Shown here in pieces: positions 37,913-48,196 of a DNA stretch of 64,000 nt. A program made the position numbers and the translations under genes. This stretch comes from an uncultured Chloroflexia bacterium. Lineage in GTDB: Bacteria > Chloroflexota > Chloroflexia > QHBQ01 > JADMIH01. Position 1 is the stretch's first letter, and the number at the start of each line of letters is the position of its first letter. The stretch covers positions 320,001 to 384,000 of the forward strand of contig CAWCNY010000005.1 of assembly GCA_963797095.1 (NCBI GenBank). The letters are read 5' to 3'. The notes beneath the pieces are model-generated. The model saw only the letters and a list, made by a program, of their open reading frames with translations, searched no databases and was not told where the DNA came from.

Positions 37913-38845
37913 TCAGTCCTCGCGGTCCAGTGTGAGAGTAATCAAGCCGTAGGGTGGTCGCGGGTCGGTATAGACTTTAGTCTTGCCATCGTCAGCTTCC
38001 AGGGCGGTGTCCCACAGCCGGTTCTGAGCTTTGAACGAGACCTGGACGAGTTGTGGGAAGCGCGCAAGCATACGCACACCAATCTCGTGCACAAGATGCT
38101 GGATCGACATACTCACGAAACTGTGGAATGTAGCACCAATGAAGTCGCGCACCTGCATTGGAGAAATGTAACCAGAAAGATCGTCCCCCACGATCAATGC
38201 GGGATCGGAGTAACGCCAATAAACGTCGAGATAGATGAAGAGTGGGCGATCTTTCCTCTCAAGAAGGCTGGTATGGATGTCGTGCGCAAAGCTGGCGAAG
38301 GAGCTTCCCGTTACTTTGATCAATTGAAGGTCGAGGCAGCCGCATTCGTGCCTTGTGATCTTTGTCTCATGCTCCTCTGACCCCCTTTCGAGCCGGAGGG
38401 TGGCTACGCCGTAGCTGTTATGTGAGCGGCTGAACAGCACGCCACTCTCAGTCAAAACGCCGCTCTGCCCGTCAAGCGCAATCGCAGGCTCAAAGGGCAA
38501 CTCGCGCCCACTTACGCGGAGGGACTCCATCTGCGGGTATTCTGCCAGAAATCCGGAGCCGAGAAAGTAGAGAAACCCATCAAGGGTAGCACCACCGTAG
38601 TGGAGCGCTTGATAGAGGATGAAGTTCTTCATGGTGTCGGTAGGCACCACGTTTGAGTTGTCGCCTTCCGTGTAGGCTGGCATGAAGTTGTTGCCAAAGA
38701 CCTCAACTTCAACCTCAACCGCAAAGAGCACATTGGAAGCGCCAGTGAATGCCAACTCAGGGATGGCAGTGATCCGCGACAGCGGAGTACCGTATGTACG
38801 ATACACACTCACCTGCGCTTTGCCATAACTGATATGTGCAGGCAT
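37913..38845 (-). CDS. pucL: Factor-independent urate oxidase (uricase)
   Basis: SYGKAQV, GDNSNVVPTDTMKNF, LIKVTGSSF, SMSIQH, NRLW, PRPPYG. Confidence 0.93.
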   Translation of the reverse strand: MPAHISYGKAQVSVYRTYGTPLSRITAIPELAFTGASNVLFAVEVEVEVFGNNFMPAYTEGDNSNVVPTDTMKNFILYQALHYGGATLDGFLYFLGSGFLAEYPQMESLRVSGRELPFEPAIALDGQSGVLTESGVLFSRSHNSYGVATLRLERGSEEHETKITRHECGCLDLQLIKVTGSSFASFAHDIHTSLLERKDRPLFIYLDVYWRYSDPALIVGDDLSGYISPMQVRDFIGATFHSFVSMSIQHLVHEIGVRMLARFPQLVQVSFKAQNRLWDTALEADDGKTKVYTDPRPPYGLITLTLDRED

Positions 38846-38849
38846 GGGC

Positions 38850-39386
38850 CTAGCTCTCCTCAGGCGCTTGATCAATCAGGTCGAGCAATCTCAACCAGGC
38901 GATCTTGCCGATTTCCTTGACGGCAATATCGATCTCTTGCAAGCGATTATTGTGCAACCTGTCGGCCATTGCGGCCAGGATACTGTTCATCTTGTTCTCG
39001 CGAGCGCAGATTACGAATGGAAAGCCGAAAGTAGCTCGATAACGGCCAGTCAGATCGCGAAAGTGGTTGACCTCAATATCGGTAAGCCGGCTGAGACCTG
39101 CGGAAGCTTGCTCGTGTGTCGATTCGGGTGAGAGAGCGCCTGTAATAGCGTCCGTCCCAGCCAGATCGGGATGGGCCCGGATCAAGTCTTCCTTTGCCGC
39201 TAAGTCATACCCGTCTACCACAGCACACATGGCCCTGTGGATGTCGCCCAGGCTGCCAAAAGGGTGGGCATGCCATGCCTGGCGGGCGACCTGGGGGGAG
39301 TGTTCGAAGACTCCGCCAAGGGTCGAGACAAAATCGGCCTCGGTGAAGCAGTTGATCTGATCGACGGTCAGTTTAGGGTGGGGCAT
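38850..39386 (-). CDS. uraD: OHCU decarboxylase
   Basis: FEHSP, LIRAHPDLAG, ESTHEQASAGL, FGFPFVICAR, KIAWLRL. Confidence 0.95.
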   Translation of the reverse strand: MPHPKLTVDQINCFTEADFVSTLGGVFEHSPQVARQAWHAHPFGSLGDIHRAMCAVVDGYDLAAKEDLIRAHPDLAGTDAITGALSPESTHEQASAGLSRLTDIEVNHFRDLTGRYRATFGFPFVICARENKMNSILAAMADRLHNNRLQEIDIAVKEIGKIAWLRLLDLIDQAPEES

Positions 39387-39416
39387 TGTTGCGAGCTATT
39401 ATAGAGCAGGGGGCAA

Positions 39417-39450
39417 TAAAAAGGTAGAGGAGGCATTTAGCCTCCTCTAT
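39417..39450 (-). terminator. Terminator after the giant SLH gene
   Basis: GGTAGAGGAGGC-attta-GCCTCCTCTATC hairpin; the A-run at 39418-39422 reads as a U-tract on the minus strand. Confidence 0.85.
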
Positions 39451-39483
39451 CACTATCCTACTAATCCTTTCTTGACCTCAGGC

Positions 39484-42400
39484 TTACCTTCTGGGAAGGC
39501 TTGCGTGAAAATCACTGGGTCTATGCGCTGCCGGTGTATAGAGGACGGAGAGGTAAGCAATCTTGGAGATTTGTGCTCTCGTCGCATCTGCATTCGGTAG
39601 GAAGTAAGGCTTGTTCCCTGGCGCTACACACGGTCCTGCTGGCGGTGTCCCACATGGGTACCCCTCGATTACTCCGTGTGAGTACGCTGTCTCTATGTAC
39701 TGGTAGAATGTCGACCCTACCGCTACGTCCTCGAACGTGTTCGTCGGTGGGTTCTCCAACGTCCAGTTCGATGGGTCTGCAAGCACTGCTGCTCCTACCA
39801 CTATCTTCGTGATCTGCCCTCTCGTCACATAGCTGGCTGGCCTGTAGTACGGCTTGCTTCCTGCTCCACACGGCTCCCCAGGTCCTCCACACGGATACCC
39901 TACTATCAGTCCAAGGTTGTATGCTGTCTCCACGTGTACGTAGAAGGTGTGGCCGATTGGCACGTCCTGGAAGTGTGGTCCTCCTGTGGTGTCGATTGTG
40001 AAGTTGAAGGCCAGCACCACTATCTTGGCTAGTTGTCCTCTGGTGGTTGGGTTACCAGGCTTGAAGCATGGTGTGCCTGTATCGCATGGTGGGGAGGTTG
40101 AGTAACCGTTGACCACACCATGGCAGTACATCCACTGCACATACTCATAGAACCAATCGGTTGGGTGCACATCTGTGAAGTCGACCGGGCAGGCGGTAGC
40201 CGTAGCTGTAGCTGTTGGCACCACTGCCGTATCGGTGGCGGTTGGCGGCACTACTGCTGTGTCAGTCGGTGGCACTACTGCCGTATCGGTAGCTGTGGGT
40301 GGCACTACCGGCGTGTCTGTATCGGTTGGAGGTACCACTGGTGTGTCGGTGTCGGTTGGAGGTACCACTGGTGTGTCGGTAGCTGTATCGGTTGGTGGCA
40401 CTACTGGTGTGTCAGTTGGTGTAGAGGTTGCAGGTTCTGTGGTCGGTGTCTCTGTAGTACACCCTCCTCCTACCGTCCCTGACGCTCTGATCATCCAGTT
40501 GCCTGCGAACCCGAAGTCGTCGATTATCCCCAACAGGTCGTTGTTCCCGAGGTTGTCGTAGTCAGGGTCTGCGTTGGTTGACATTCCTGCCACCCAACTC
40601 CTCACCTGTGAGGCTGTCGTGTCTATCGAGGAGGGGTATGTTACCGGTGTTACTCCTCCACTGTTGTACGTGTCCGAGAACCCTATGTACACGTCCCCAG
40701 GTCCGCTTACTGCCACGTTCACTGCGTACTGCGAGAAGGTCACTCCATCCGCTACCGTCACTGTCTCAGGTATCTGCGCCAGCTTGGTGGCATTAGATGG
40801 GTCGTTGTTTCCGTCTGTGTCCAGGTACACCAGCAAGTCTATAGCTCGCCCTGTCAGGTCTGCTCCTGCCATTGCCGGTGCTGGGAAGAGCACGCTTATC
40901 TGATTGAGGGTCAGTGGGTACTGCCCTGCTGTCGGTGAGTAGCGGTTGATCCAGATGGCCGGGTAGCTGGTCGTCCCATTGTTCAGCCCGATGCTGTTCT
41001 CTATCGACCCATCGTCCAACTGGAATGTCACTGGCCCTCCTGCCGCACACGTTGGTGTGGCTGTCGCGCCACCCGGTGTGTTGGTGGGGGTAGCGGTGGC
41101 CGGTGTGCCTGTAGCACATGAGCCTGGCATGTAGGTGAACATGGACCCTGCACTCACTGGTTGCCCTGACCCATTGCAGAATGCTTGCAGGAACAACGAA
41201 CCTGTGTCCTTCTGCACTCCTCCTGTTGCCGAGCTGTTCCCGTTCCCTACCGTCGCGTAGATGACGTCTATCTGTCCTGTCCCTTCATACAGCCTCGCCT
41301 CGAAGCTAACCCTCGTCCCACACACTCCTCCTGAGTAGTAGCACCCTCTCCACTCTACGTTGAAGATGCGGTTTGGTGCACTCCCCGAGACCGAGGTGTA
41401 GATGCCGTCTCCTGCCGTCGTCAGCAGCAGGTCGTCCCAGTATGCGTGTATCACGTAGTTGTGCGAGGCGTACGGCTCGCATGCATTGGTGAAGGTGGAG
41501 GTGGACGACACGAACTGCAGCGTCCCATTGGAGTCCACGTTCACTGATGAGTAGGAGTTACCGTAGAAGGTGAAGGGGAATGGGATGGCTGCCGGATTGA
41601 CGCAGTCATCGCAGTTGGATCCCGATACCATGGTGGTACCTGGTACTATGGTGGCTCCTGTGGAGGTTGTCAGGGTGTAGTTAGCTACACATGTGGTGGG
41701 GGTGGCGGATGGAAGTGGTGTGTTGGTGGGTCCACCAGGTGTGTTGGTTGGTACTGGTGTGCACCCTCCTCCTCCTTGCAATGTCGATACCTGCACCAGG
41801 TCGTAGTAGGACACTCCGTCCACTCCTCCCTGGATCATCAGCTTCCCTCCTGCGCTCCCTCCTCCTACTGATGAGGCGGTGGTCACGACCGGGTTGCCGT
41901 ATGTCCAGCTGTCGGTGGCTATGTCGTAGATCTCTACCGTGTTGGCCAGCGGCACTCCGTTGAAGTAAGAGGTGCCAGGGCCTCCTCCTGCTACCGCGAA
42001 GATGCTCGTGCCGTCACTCATCAACTCTTCCCATGTCCTTGCCTGCTGCAAGGGGGCCATGGTGGTCACTACATCAGCCACAGGGTCATACCTGTACACT
42101 GTGCCTACTGTGGTGCCTCCTGCTATCCCTCCTATCACGTAGATGTACGAGCCTACCGTGATGGCTCTCCCGTAAGCCAGCCCTACAGGCAGGGTAGCCC
42201 CTGCGGTTGACCAACTGTCGGTGGCTATGTCGTACACGATGATGTCGTTGAAAGGCACAGGGTTGCCACCCACCACGTATATCTTGCCGTTGTATGCAGC
42301 GCTCATACCTGAGCGGGCTGCTGGCAGAGGTGCGCCTGTTGACCAGGTGTTGGAGGCTATGTCGTAGATGGCGTTCTCGGTGATGTGGGTGCCGATGTAG

Positions 42401-45400
42401 CCACCAGGCAGGTAGATCTTGCCGTTCCAGTAAGCAGCTTGAGCGTTCTGCTTGGCGGTAGGCATGTTGGCAAGTTGGGTCCAGGTCTGGCCCGTAGGGT
42501 CCCATCTCCACAGGTCGTTGAGGTAGGTGCCACTAGACGTGCCACCACCCATGACGTACACGTAGGTGCCGTCAGAGATGCCTGTATTCCGGTATCGAGC
42601 GGAAGGACCGGTGGTGGAGGTAGCCCACGGACCTGGTATCCCTCCTACCGAGCATGGTGTCGGTGATGGCCCTACCGCTGTCGGGGTTGCGCTAGCGCAG
42701 CCACCGCCTGTGACAGTAGCACTCTCCACCGAGTTGGTGTCTGCACTACCGTTGTAGCCGGTCACTGCGAATACACTGTTCCCTATCGCTGTCCCCGCTG
42801 TGAACGACCTCCCTGTCGTCATGTTCGGTCCTGCTGACCACGTGTCTGTCGTGCTATCGTAAGCCCACGTCTGGTTGAAGGTCGTCCTTGGCGCTTCACC
42901 TGCAGCGTTTGTTCCACGTCCACTCGCAGACGCATACCCACTGCTCATCATAGCTCTTGTGTCTTTGTTACCTTGAGCACTCCCAAGGAATGGATTGCCT
43001 CCTCCAAAGACGTACAGGGTGTTCCCTATCACTCCAAACCCTGCTTCGTACGTCGCCTGTGGGATCGTCGCTCTCGCTGTCCAACTGTCTCCCACTATGT
43101 CGTAGCGGTACACCAGGTTGGTCGCTCCAGCTCCGAAGCTCCCTGCCATGTAGACGTACTGCCCTATTTGCCCTGTCGCTGACCCTCCCATCACTGCTGG
43201 GATCGGCGCTTTGGCGGTGTTGTAGGTGTTGGCTACAGGGTCGTACTCCCACGTCGTGTTCGTTTCTGCGAATGAGCCGTCTATGCCTCCTATCACGTAG
43301 ATCTTGCCGTTGCCTGGATAGTAAGCCACGCTTGGGAAGAAGCGGGCTGCAGGCATGGCGGCTCCTGTGGTCCAACTGTTGCCTGCTATGTCGTACACGT
43401 AGAGGGTGTTGACCACTGCGAACGTGGAGTTTATCCCTCCGAACAGGTATATCTTGTTGTTGGAGGGGTCATAGGTTGACCTGGCATCGTACAGGCCGGC
43501 AGGTAGAGGAGCCAGGGCAGTCCAGGTGTTGGCTACCGGGTCATACCTGTTGACGGCGTTTTGGACCACACCGGAGGCATTGCCACCCGCAGCATACAGG
43601 TAGGTGCCGTTGTTGGTGACGGCGGGGCTTTCGATGGAGGCTGAGTATGGGGCTACCAGTGCCCACGGTCCCAGGCTCCCTCCTCCCGCTACACACGTCG
43701 GCGTGACCGTTGGGGTGGAAGTCGCTCCCACAGGCGTGTTGGTAGCGCATGGGCCACCACCACCCAGAGACTCGACGGCGGTCGAGCCACCGCCCGCGGC
43801 TCCGCCGCCCACGACGTAACCCCGACCCTGGAAGACCGCAGCCCCAGGTCCCTCATGATCGGCTGTATAAGATGTTCCGGTGGTCCACGAGTTGGTGGCC
43901 GGAGTGTACACGAAGATCTGCTGGTTGATCGGCCTGTTGAGGCAGCCCACCACCCATATATCACTATTCAGGGCAAAGGCCGAGTCGGATTGGCAATCGG
44001 CCTGCGGGAACGCCGCTAACGTCCGCCAGCTGTCTGTAGTCGGATTGTAGGCATACGACTGCGATACGGATCCGCCAAAGACGTATATCTCTCCGTTGTA
44101 GACAGCACCTGCCAGGTTTCCGCCGCCCGCCCCCGGCATCGGGGACTTGGTCGCATATGTATTGGTCGCCGGATTGTACTCGTAGACGGTGGTTGTAGGT
44201 GCGAATCCGGCAGCGAACCCGGCGATAATGTAGACTTTTCCATTGAACGCAGCCACTGCTGCACCTGAACGCTCGGCAGGCATCGCTGCGCCCATACCCC
44301 ATGTGTCGGTGGTGGTTGTGTAGATCTGCATGGATGTGAGGGGTCCACTGTACGATACACTGTTGTACCCGCCAGGCACGTAGATGTTATTGCCGACGGC
44401 AGCAGCCCGGGCCTGGGCATGTGGCGTCGGGATAGGTGCTAGGCTGGTCCAGGTCGTGCCGTTGAAGCTCTCCATGGCGGGTGAGTAGTCGGGAGCGGCG
44501 TTGAAGCCTGTAGCAGCGTAGAGGGTTGTACCGACTACCGCGACAGCGGCATTGCGGCGGGCATTGGTCATGTCGGGCTCGGTACGCCAGGCTGGCGGAC
44601 CGGACACGCATGTTGGTGTGGCTGTCGCCCCTGATGCCGTCGGGGTGGCGGTAGCGCCACAGCCACCTGTACCACGATACAGGTGCTCAGCAAGCGCCCC
44701 TCCGTTGTATCCACCCGTGCTCCATATCTCTCCACCCGCTCTCCCTGTCGAGTAGAACCCTGCCTGGTTCGCTTGCCTCCCGGTCGGGAGGAGTGGTGCT
44801 GATGCGGTGAACGACCCTCCTGGCCATGCCGATACACTGTACTCGTCCACTGCATTTGTGAAGTCGAAGTACGTGCCGTTCTGCGCGTCTCCTCCTATCG
44901 CATACAGCTTCCCTCCTGCCGGGTCGTAGGCCAACGCCATGTCTGCCCTGCCCTGCGTCCAGGTCGGTCCGCTCGTCCATGTCCCGCTGCTCATGTCCAA
45001 ACGCAGGCTTGCTGTCGAGTTGGCATCTGGTGCCTCCACTTTGTCTTGCCTTGCGTTCTTTATTGAACTGGCCGGTAGGTTAGGGTTGGTGTTAGGGTTG
45101 GTGCCCTTGGTCAGAGGGGTTGCCCCGTAGGAGCCTATCGCATACAGATACTGCCCCACGCTCGTATACCCACCCAGTAGGTATGGCGAGGGGGCGGCGG
45201 TACCGCTTGACCATGTGTTGCCAGTGGTGCTGTACACCTCCACCGATGTGGACGCTCCACCACTGCCGCCTCCTACCACATACACATTGGTGCCCGATGC
45301 TCCTACTGCCGACCCATAGGTGTCGGTTACTCCTGGGACCGAGGGTCCTGTGGTCCAGGTGTCAGTGCCGACGTTGTAGATGTAGAAGCCTGGTCCATCA

Positions 45401-47790
45401 AAACCCTGCGTGCAGTAGATGAACCCGCTCAGGTAGGCACAACTGTTGGCTTCGCTTGATGCGGGTACTGGAGCAAGGGTAGTCCAGGTGTTGGTGGCGG
45501 CGTTGTACCTGGAGTTGGCGGTGGTCGACGCGAATGTGGCATCCAACCCGCCGATTACATACAGGTCATTGCCGTTCTGTGCAAAGCCGTAGCGCAGTCT
45601 CGCACCAGGCAGAGCGGCCCCTGGTGTCCATACTCCTCCCGCTACACACGTTGGTGTGGCTGTCGCGCCACCCGGTGTGTTGGTAGCGGCGGGTGTGTTG
45701 GTTGGACCACAAGAACCCGCGATGAAGTTGAGTTGCAACCCACCTGTGATAGCTGGACTGGCTGTGTTGCACTTGTATTGAGTGAACACACTCCCTGTGT
45801 CCTTCTGCACTCCTATCGTCTCACTCCCTGTGTCGGTGATCCCGGTCCCATACACCACACTGAAGCTCGACGACCCCTGTGTCAATATTATCTCGTACTC
45901 CAGGGGTACGCTGTTGTCGGCGAACAGCACTGTGTGGTAATCGATGTAGAAGGTGCTCCCTACCTGGGTGGTGAAGATACCGCACCCGTTGGCCCAGGCT
46001 GTACACCCGCTCAAGCCTGTGTCAGTGCGCTGGTCGTCCCAGTATGGGAGGATGGCATAGTTCTCGGCAGCTGCAGGCAAGCAGGCATTGGTGAAGGCAT
46101 TGCCATTGGCGACAAAGCCCAAAGTGCCGTTGGAGCCGACGATGGCAGTGTTATAGGAGTTGCCGTAGAAGCTCATCGCGAATGGCAGGTTGATGGTGGT
46201 GGTGACATCATCGCCATGGTTGCTCGTATCTGTGGTGCCAGGCACAATCGTGCCTGTGGCTGTGGCTATCGTGTAGCCAGCTACACACGCTGTCGGCGTG
46301 GCTGTCGGTGGTGCCGGGGTGGAGGTAGGTGGTATTGGAGTTGAGGTGGCACATGAACTCGCGATGAAGTTGAGTTGCAACCCACCTGTGATAGCTGGAC
46401 TGGCTGTGTTGCACTTGTATTGAGTGAACACACTCCCTGTGTCCTTCTGCACTCCTATCGTCTCACTCCCTGTGTCGGTGATCCCGGTCCCATACACCAC
46501 ACTGAAGCTCGACGACCCCTGTGTCAATATTATCTCGTACTCCAGGGGTACGCTGTTGTCGGCGAACAGCACTGTGTGGTAATCGATGTAGAAGGTGCTC
46601 CCTACCTGGGTGGTGAAGATACCGCACCCGTTGGCCCAGGCTGTACACCCGCTCAAGCCTGTGTCCGTCTGCTGGTCGTCCCAGTATGGGAGGATGGCAT
46701 AGTTCTCGGCAGCTGCAGGCAAGCAGGCATTGGTGAAGGCATTGCCATTGGCGACAAAGCCCAAAGTGCCGTTGGAGCCGACGATGGCAGTGTTATAGGA
46801 GTTGCCGTAGAAGCTCACCGAGAATGGCAGGTTGATGGTGGTGGTGACATCATCGCCATGGTTGCTCGTATCTGTGGTGCCAGGCACAATCGTGCCTGTG
46901 GCTGTGGCTATCGTGTAGCTCACTGCACATGATGTGGGGGTGGCTGATGGCAACGGTGTGTTGGTCGGGCCACCTGGCGTGTTAGTTGCCCCACTTACGA
47001 TGTTACCCACTAGGCGGAACATTTGGTCAGGCACACCGGGATCTCCTACACAGACCGTTCTCTGATCCCAATCAAGACAGCCAGGGCCGAAACCACCTCC
47101 TGGGTTGCGCCAGGCAGCCGGGCCTGTTGACTGCACCATGCGATCTGTCCAGCCCCATTCGCCGCCGACAGCGAAGTCCATGACAGCTTGAACTGAGGCA
47201 AAGTAGGTTGCCCCGCCAGTAAGGTTGGCGGGGGAGGTAAGGGTTACCTGGAATAAGCCGGAGGAATTCACATAGGATTGGGCGGTAGCAGTGTAGACAG
47301 GTGTGCCAGGTATAGTGTATGTGCCCGATACTACGCTAGTGTAGAAATAAACATTGAACGAAGTAGCAGGTCCCGAGCCGTTGAAGTAGAGACCTTGCGC
47401 ATCCACCTCGGTGACCTGCCAGTTCTGCGCAGCAGGAACCGGAAAATCGTCTGCTAACTGGTTAGTGAAAGTGGCGAAACCAGCCTCGAACTGCTGGGAA
47501 TCGGTAGATAAAGAACCAGGGTTATTAACCTGATCGTAAAGAACGACATTAGGCGCTTGTGGTGCCGGTAAGTTGACGATGGTCCTCTTGGTGACACCGC
47601 TATTCGTTGTGGGCTTGGAAGTGTCTGTTTGCTTCCCTTGATCGGTTTGCTTCCCTTGAGTGGGAAGTGAAGCCACTCCCGCAGTCGGCGCTCCGGCAAA
47701 TGCGATTCCCCCCGCCGCGACTACTGCTATAAGCAACAGCACAATTGGTAGAAACCGCCAATAAGTGCGCCTGTTGGTCCTATCTGCCAT
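39484..47790 (-). CDS. 2768-aa secreted modular surface protein: nidogen-like modules, four Kelch propellers, Pro/Thr linkers, C-terminal SLH domains
   Basis: Signal peptide; GG..Y..W Kelch repeats; LPF.F.FYG...SNG...YWDD modules; FTDVHPTDWFY, TRGQLAK, TRGQITK and TRAQISK SLH motifs. Confidence 0.93.
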   Translation of the reverse strand: MADRTNRRTYWRFLPIVLLLIAVVAAGGIAFAGAPTAGVASLPTQGKQTDQGKQTDTSKPTTNSGVTKRTIVNLPAPQAPNVVLYDQVNNPGSLSTDSQQFEAGFATFTNQLADDFPVPAAQNWQVTEVDAQGLYFNGSGPATSFNVYFYTSVVSGTYTIPGTPVYTATAQSYVNSSGLFQVTLTSPANLTGGATYFASVQAVMDFAVGGEWGWTDRMVQSTGPAAWRNPGGGFGPGCLDWDQRTVCVGDPGVPDQMFRLVGNIVSGATNTPGGPTNTPLPSATPTSCAVSYTIATATGTIVPGTTDTSNHGDDVTTTINLPFSVSFYGNSYNTAIVGSNGTLGFVANGNAFTNACLPAAAENYAILPYWDDQQTDTGLSGCTAWANGCGIFTTQVGSTFYIDYHTVLFADNSVPLEYEIILTQGSSSFSVVYGTGITDTGSETIGVQKDTGSVFTQYKCNTASPAITGGLQLNFIASSCATSTPIPPTSTPAPPTATPTACVAGYTIATATGTIVPGTTDTSNHGDDVTTTINLPFAMSFYGNSYNTAIVGSNGTLGFVANGNAFTNACLPAAAENYAILPYWDDQRTDTGLSGCTAWANGCGIFTTQVGSTFYIDYHTVLFADNSVPLEYEIILTQGSSSFSVVYGTGITDTGSETIGVQKDTGSVFTQYKCNTASPAITGGLQLNFIAGSCGPTNTPAATNTPGGATATPTCVAGGVWTPGAALPGARLRYGFAQNGNDLYVIGGLDATFASTTANSRYNAATNTWTTLAPVPASSEANSCAYLSGFIYCTQGFDGPGFYIYNVGTDTWTTGPSVPGVTDTYGSAVGASGTNVYVVGGGSGGASTSVEVYSTTGNTWSSGTAAPSPYLLGGYTSVGQYLYAIGSYGATPLTKGTNPNTNPNLPASSIKNARQDKVEAPDANSTASLRLDMSSGTWTSGPTWTQGRADMALAYDPAGGKLYAIGGDAQNGTYFDFTNAVDEYSVSAWPGGSFTASAPLLPTGRQANQAGFYSTGRAGGEIWSTGGYNGGALAEHLYRGTGGCGATATPTASGATATPTCVSGPPAWRTEPDMTNARRNAAVAVVGTTLYAATGFNAAPDYSPAMESFNGTTWTSLAPIPTPHAQARAAAVGNNIYVPGGYNSVSYSGPLTSMQIYTTTTDTWGMGAAMPAERSGAAVAAFNGKVYIIAGFAAGFAPTTTVYEYNPATNTYATKSPMPGAGGGNLAGAVYNGEIYVFGGSVSQSYAYNPTTDSWRTLAAFPQADCQSDSAFALNSDIWVVGCLNRPINQQIFVYTPATNSWTTGTSYTADHEGPGAAVFQGRGYVVGGGAAGGGSTAVESLGGGGPCATNTPVGATSTPTVTPTCVAGGGSLGPWALVAPYSASIESPAVTNNGTYLYAAGGNASGVVQNAVNRYDPVANTWTALAPLPAGLYDARSTYDPSNNKIYLFGGINSTFAVVNTLYVYDIAGNSWTTGAAMPAARFFPSVAYYPGNGKIYVIGGIDGSFAETNTTWEYDPVANTYNTAKAPIPAVMGGSATGQIGQYVYMAGSFGAGATNLVYRYDIVGDSWTARATIPQATYEAGFGVIGNTLYVFGGGNPFLGSAQGNKDTRAMMSSGYASASGRGTNAAGEAPRTTFNQTWAYDSTTDTWSAGPNMTTGRSFTAGTAIGNSVFAVTGYNGSADTNSVESATVTGGGCASATPTAVGPSPTPCSVGGIPGPWATSTTGPSARYRNTGISDGTYVYVMGGGTSSGTYLNDLWRWDPTGQTWTQLANMPTAKQNAQAAYWNGKIYLPGGYIGTHITENAIYDIASNTWSTGAPLPAARSGMSAAYNGKIYVVGGNPVPFNDIIVYDIATDSWSTAGATLPVGLAYGRAITVGSYIYVIGGIAGGTTVGTVYRYDPVADVVTTMAPLQQARTWEELMSDGTSIFAVAGGGPGTSYFNGVPLANTVEIYDIATDSWTYGNPVVTTASSVGGGSAGGKLMIQGGVDGVSYYDLVQVSTLQGGGGCTPVPTNTPGGPTNTPLPSATPTTCVANYTLTTSTGATIVPGTTMVSGSNCDDCVNPAAIPFPFTFYGNSYSSVNVDSNGTLQFVSSTSTFTNACEPYASHNYVIHAYWDDLLLTTAGDGIYTSVSGSAPNRIFNVEWRGCYYSGGVCGTRVSFEARLYEGTGQIDVIYATVGNGNSSATGGVQKDTGSLFLQAFCNGSGQPVSAGSMFTYMPGSCATGTPATATPTNTPGGATATPTCAAGGPVTFQLDDGSIENSIGLNNGTTSYPAIWINRYSPTAGQYPLTLNQISVLFPAPAMAGADLTGRAIDLLVYLDTDGNNDPSNATKLAQIPETVTVADGVTFSQYAVNVAVSGPGDVYIGFSDTYNSGGVTPVTYPSSIDTTASQVRSWVAGMSTNADPDYDNLGNNDLLGIIDDFGFAGNWMIRASGTVGGGCTTETPTTEPATSTPTDTPVVPPTDTATDTPVVPPTDTDTPVVPPTDTDTPVVPPTATDTAVVPPTDTAVVPPTATDTAVVPTATATATACPVDFTDVHPTDWFYEYVQWMYCHGVVNGYSTSPPCDTGTPCFKPGNPTTRGQLAKIVVLAFNFTIDTTGGPHFQDVPIGHTFYVHVETAYNLGLIVGYPCGGPGEPCGAGSKPYYRPASYVTRGQITKIVVGAAVLADPSNWTLENPPTNTFEDVAVGSTFYQYIETAYSHGVIEGYPCGTPPAGPCVAPGNKPYFLPNADATRAQISKIAYLSVLYTPAAHRPSDFHASLPRR
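40195..40440 (-). repeat. Degenerate VVPPT(D/A)T coding repeats (Pro/Thr stalk)
   Basis: Seven VVP(P)T units in the translation. Confidence 0.85.
45718..46919. repeat. 560-bp near-identical internal duplication (45718-46277 and 46360-46919)
   Basis: Offset 642 bp; translations differ only at FSVSF/FAMSF and DDQQT/DDQRT. Confidence 0.95.
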
Positions 47791-48196
47791 GTCTTCTCTC
47801 CTTCCTTCAATTACGAAATTACGACATGCCGCGAACTATACCAACTTCTCTCCTGGTCTTTTCTCCATCTCAGGGTTCTGCTTTGATGGCTAGCTGATCC
47901 TAGGTCACCCGATCACCAGCCACTTGACAAACACCCTTGAGGATAAGTTTACGCCCGTATTCAATTGTAAATATTAAGTTGTGGTGCTATAGGATACCAA
48001 TAATGAGTGACACGTATTCGTGGGATTTACGCAAGACGCCACTCAAAGGGCAAGACAAAGGTCGCCAGGGACGGCCTTGAACGCACTGATTATAGAGCAG
48101 TACAGGTCCCTTGTCAATAGAAATCTTTGGATTCGTTCGGGCAATTTCCATTGGCTGCTACCTTCGCTGGATGGTGGTCGGGTATAATGGGGGCGT

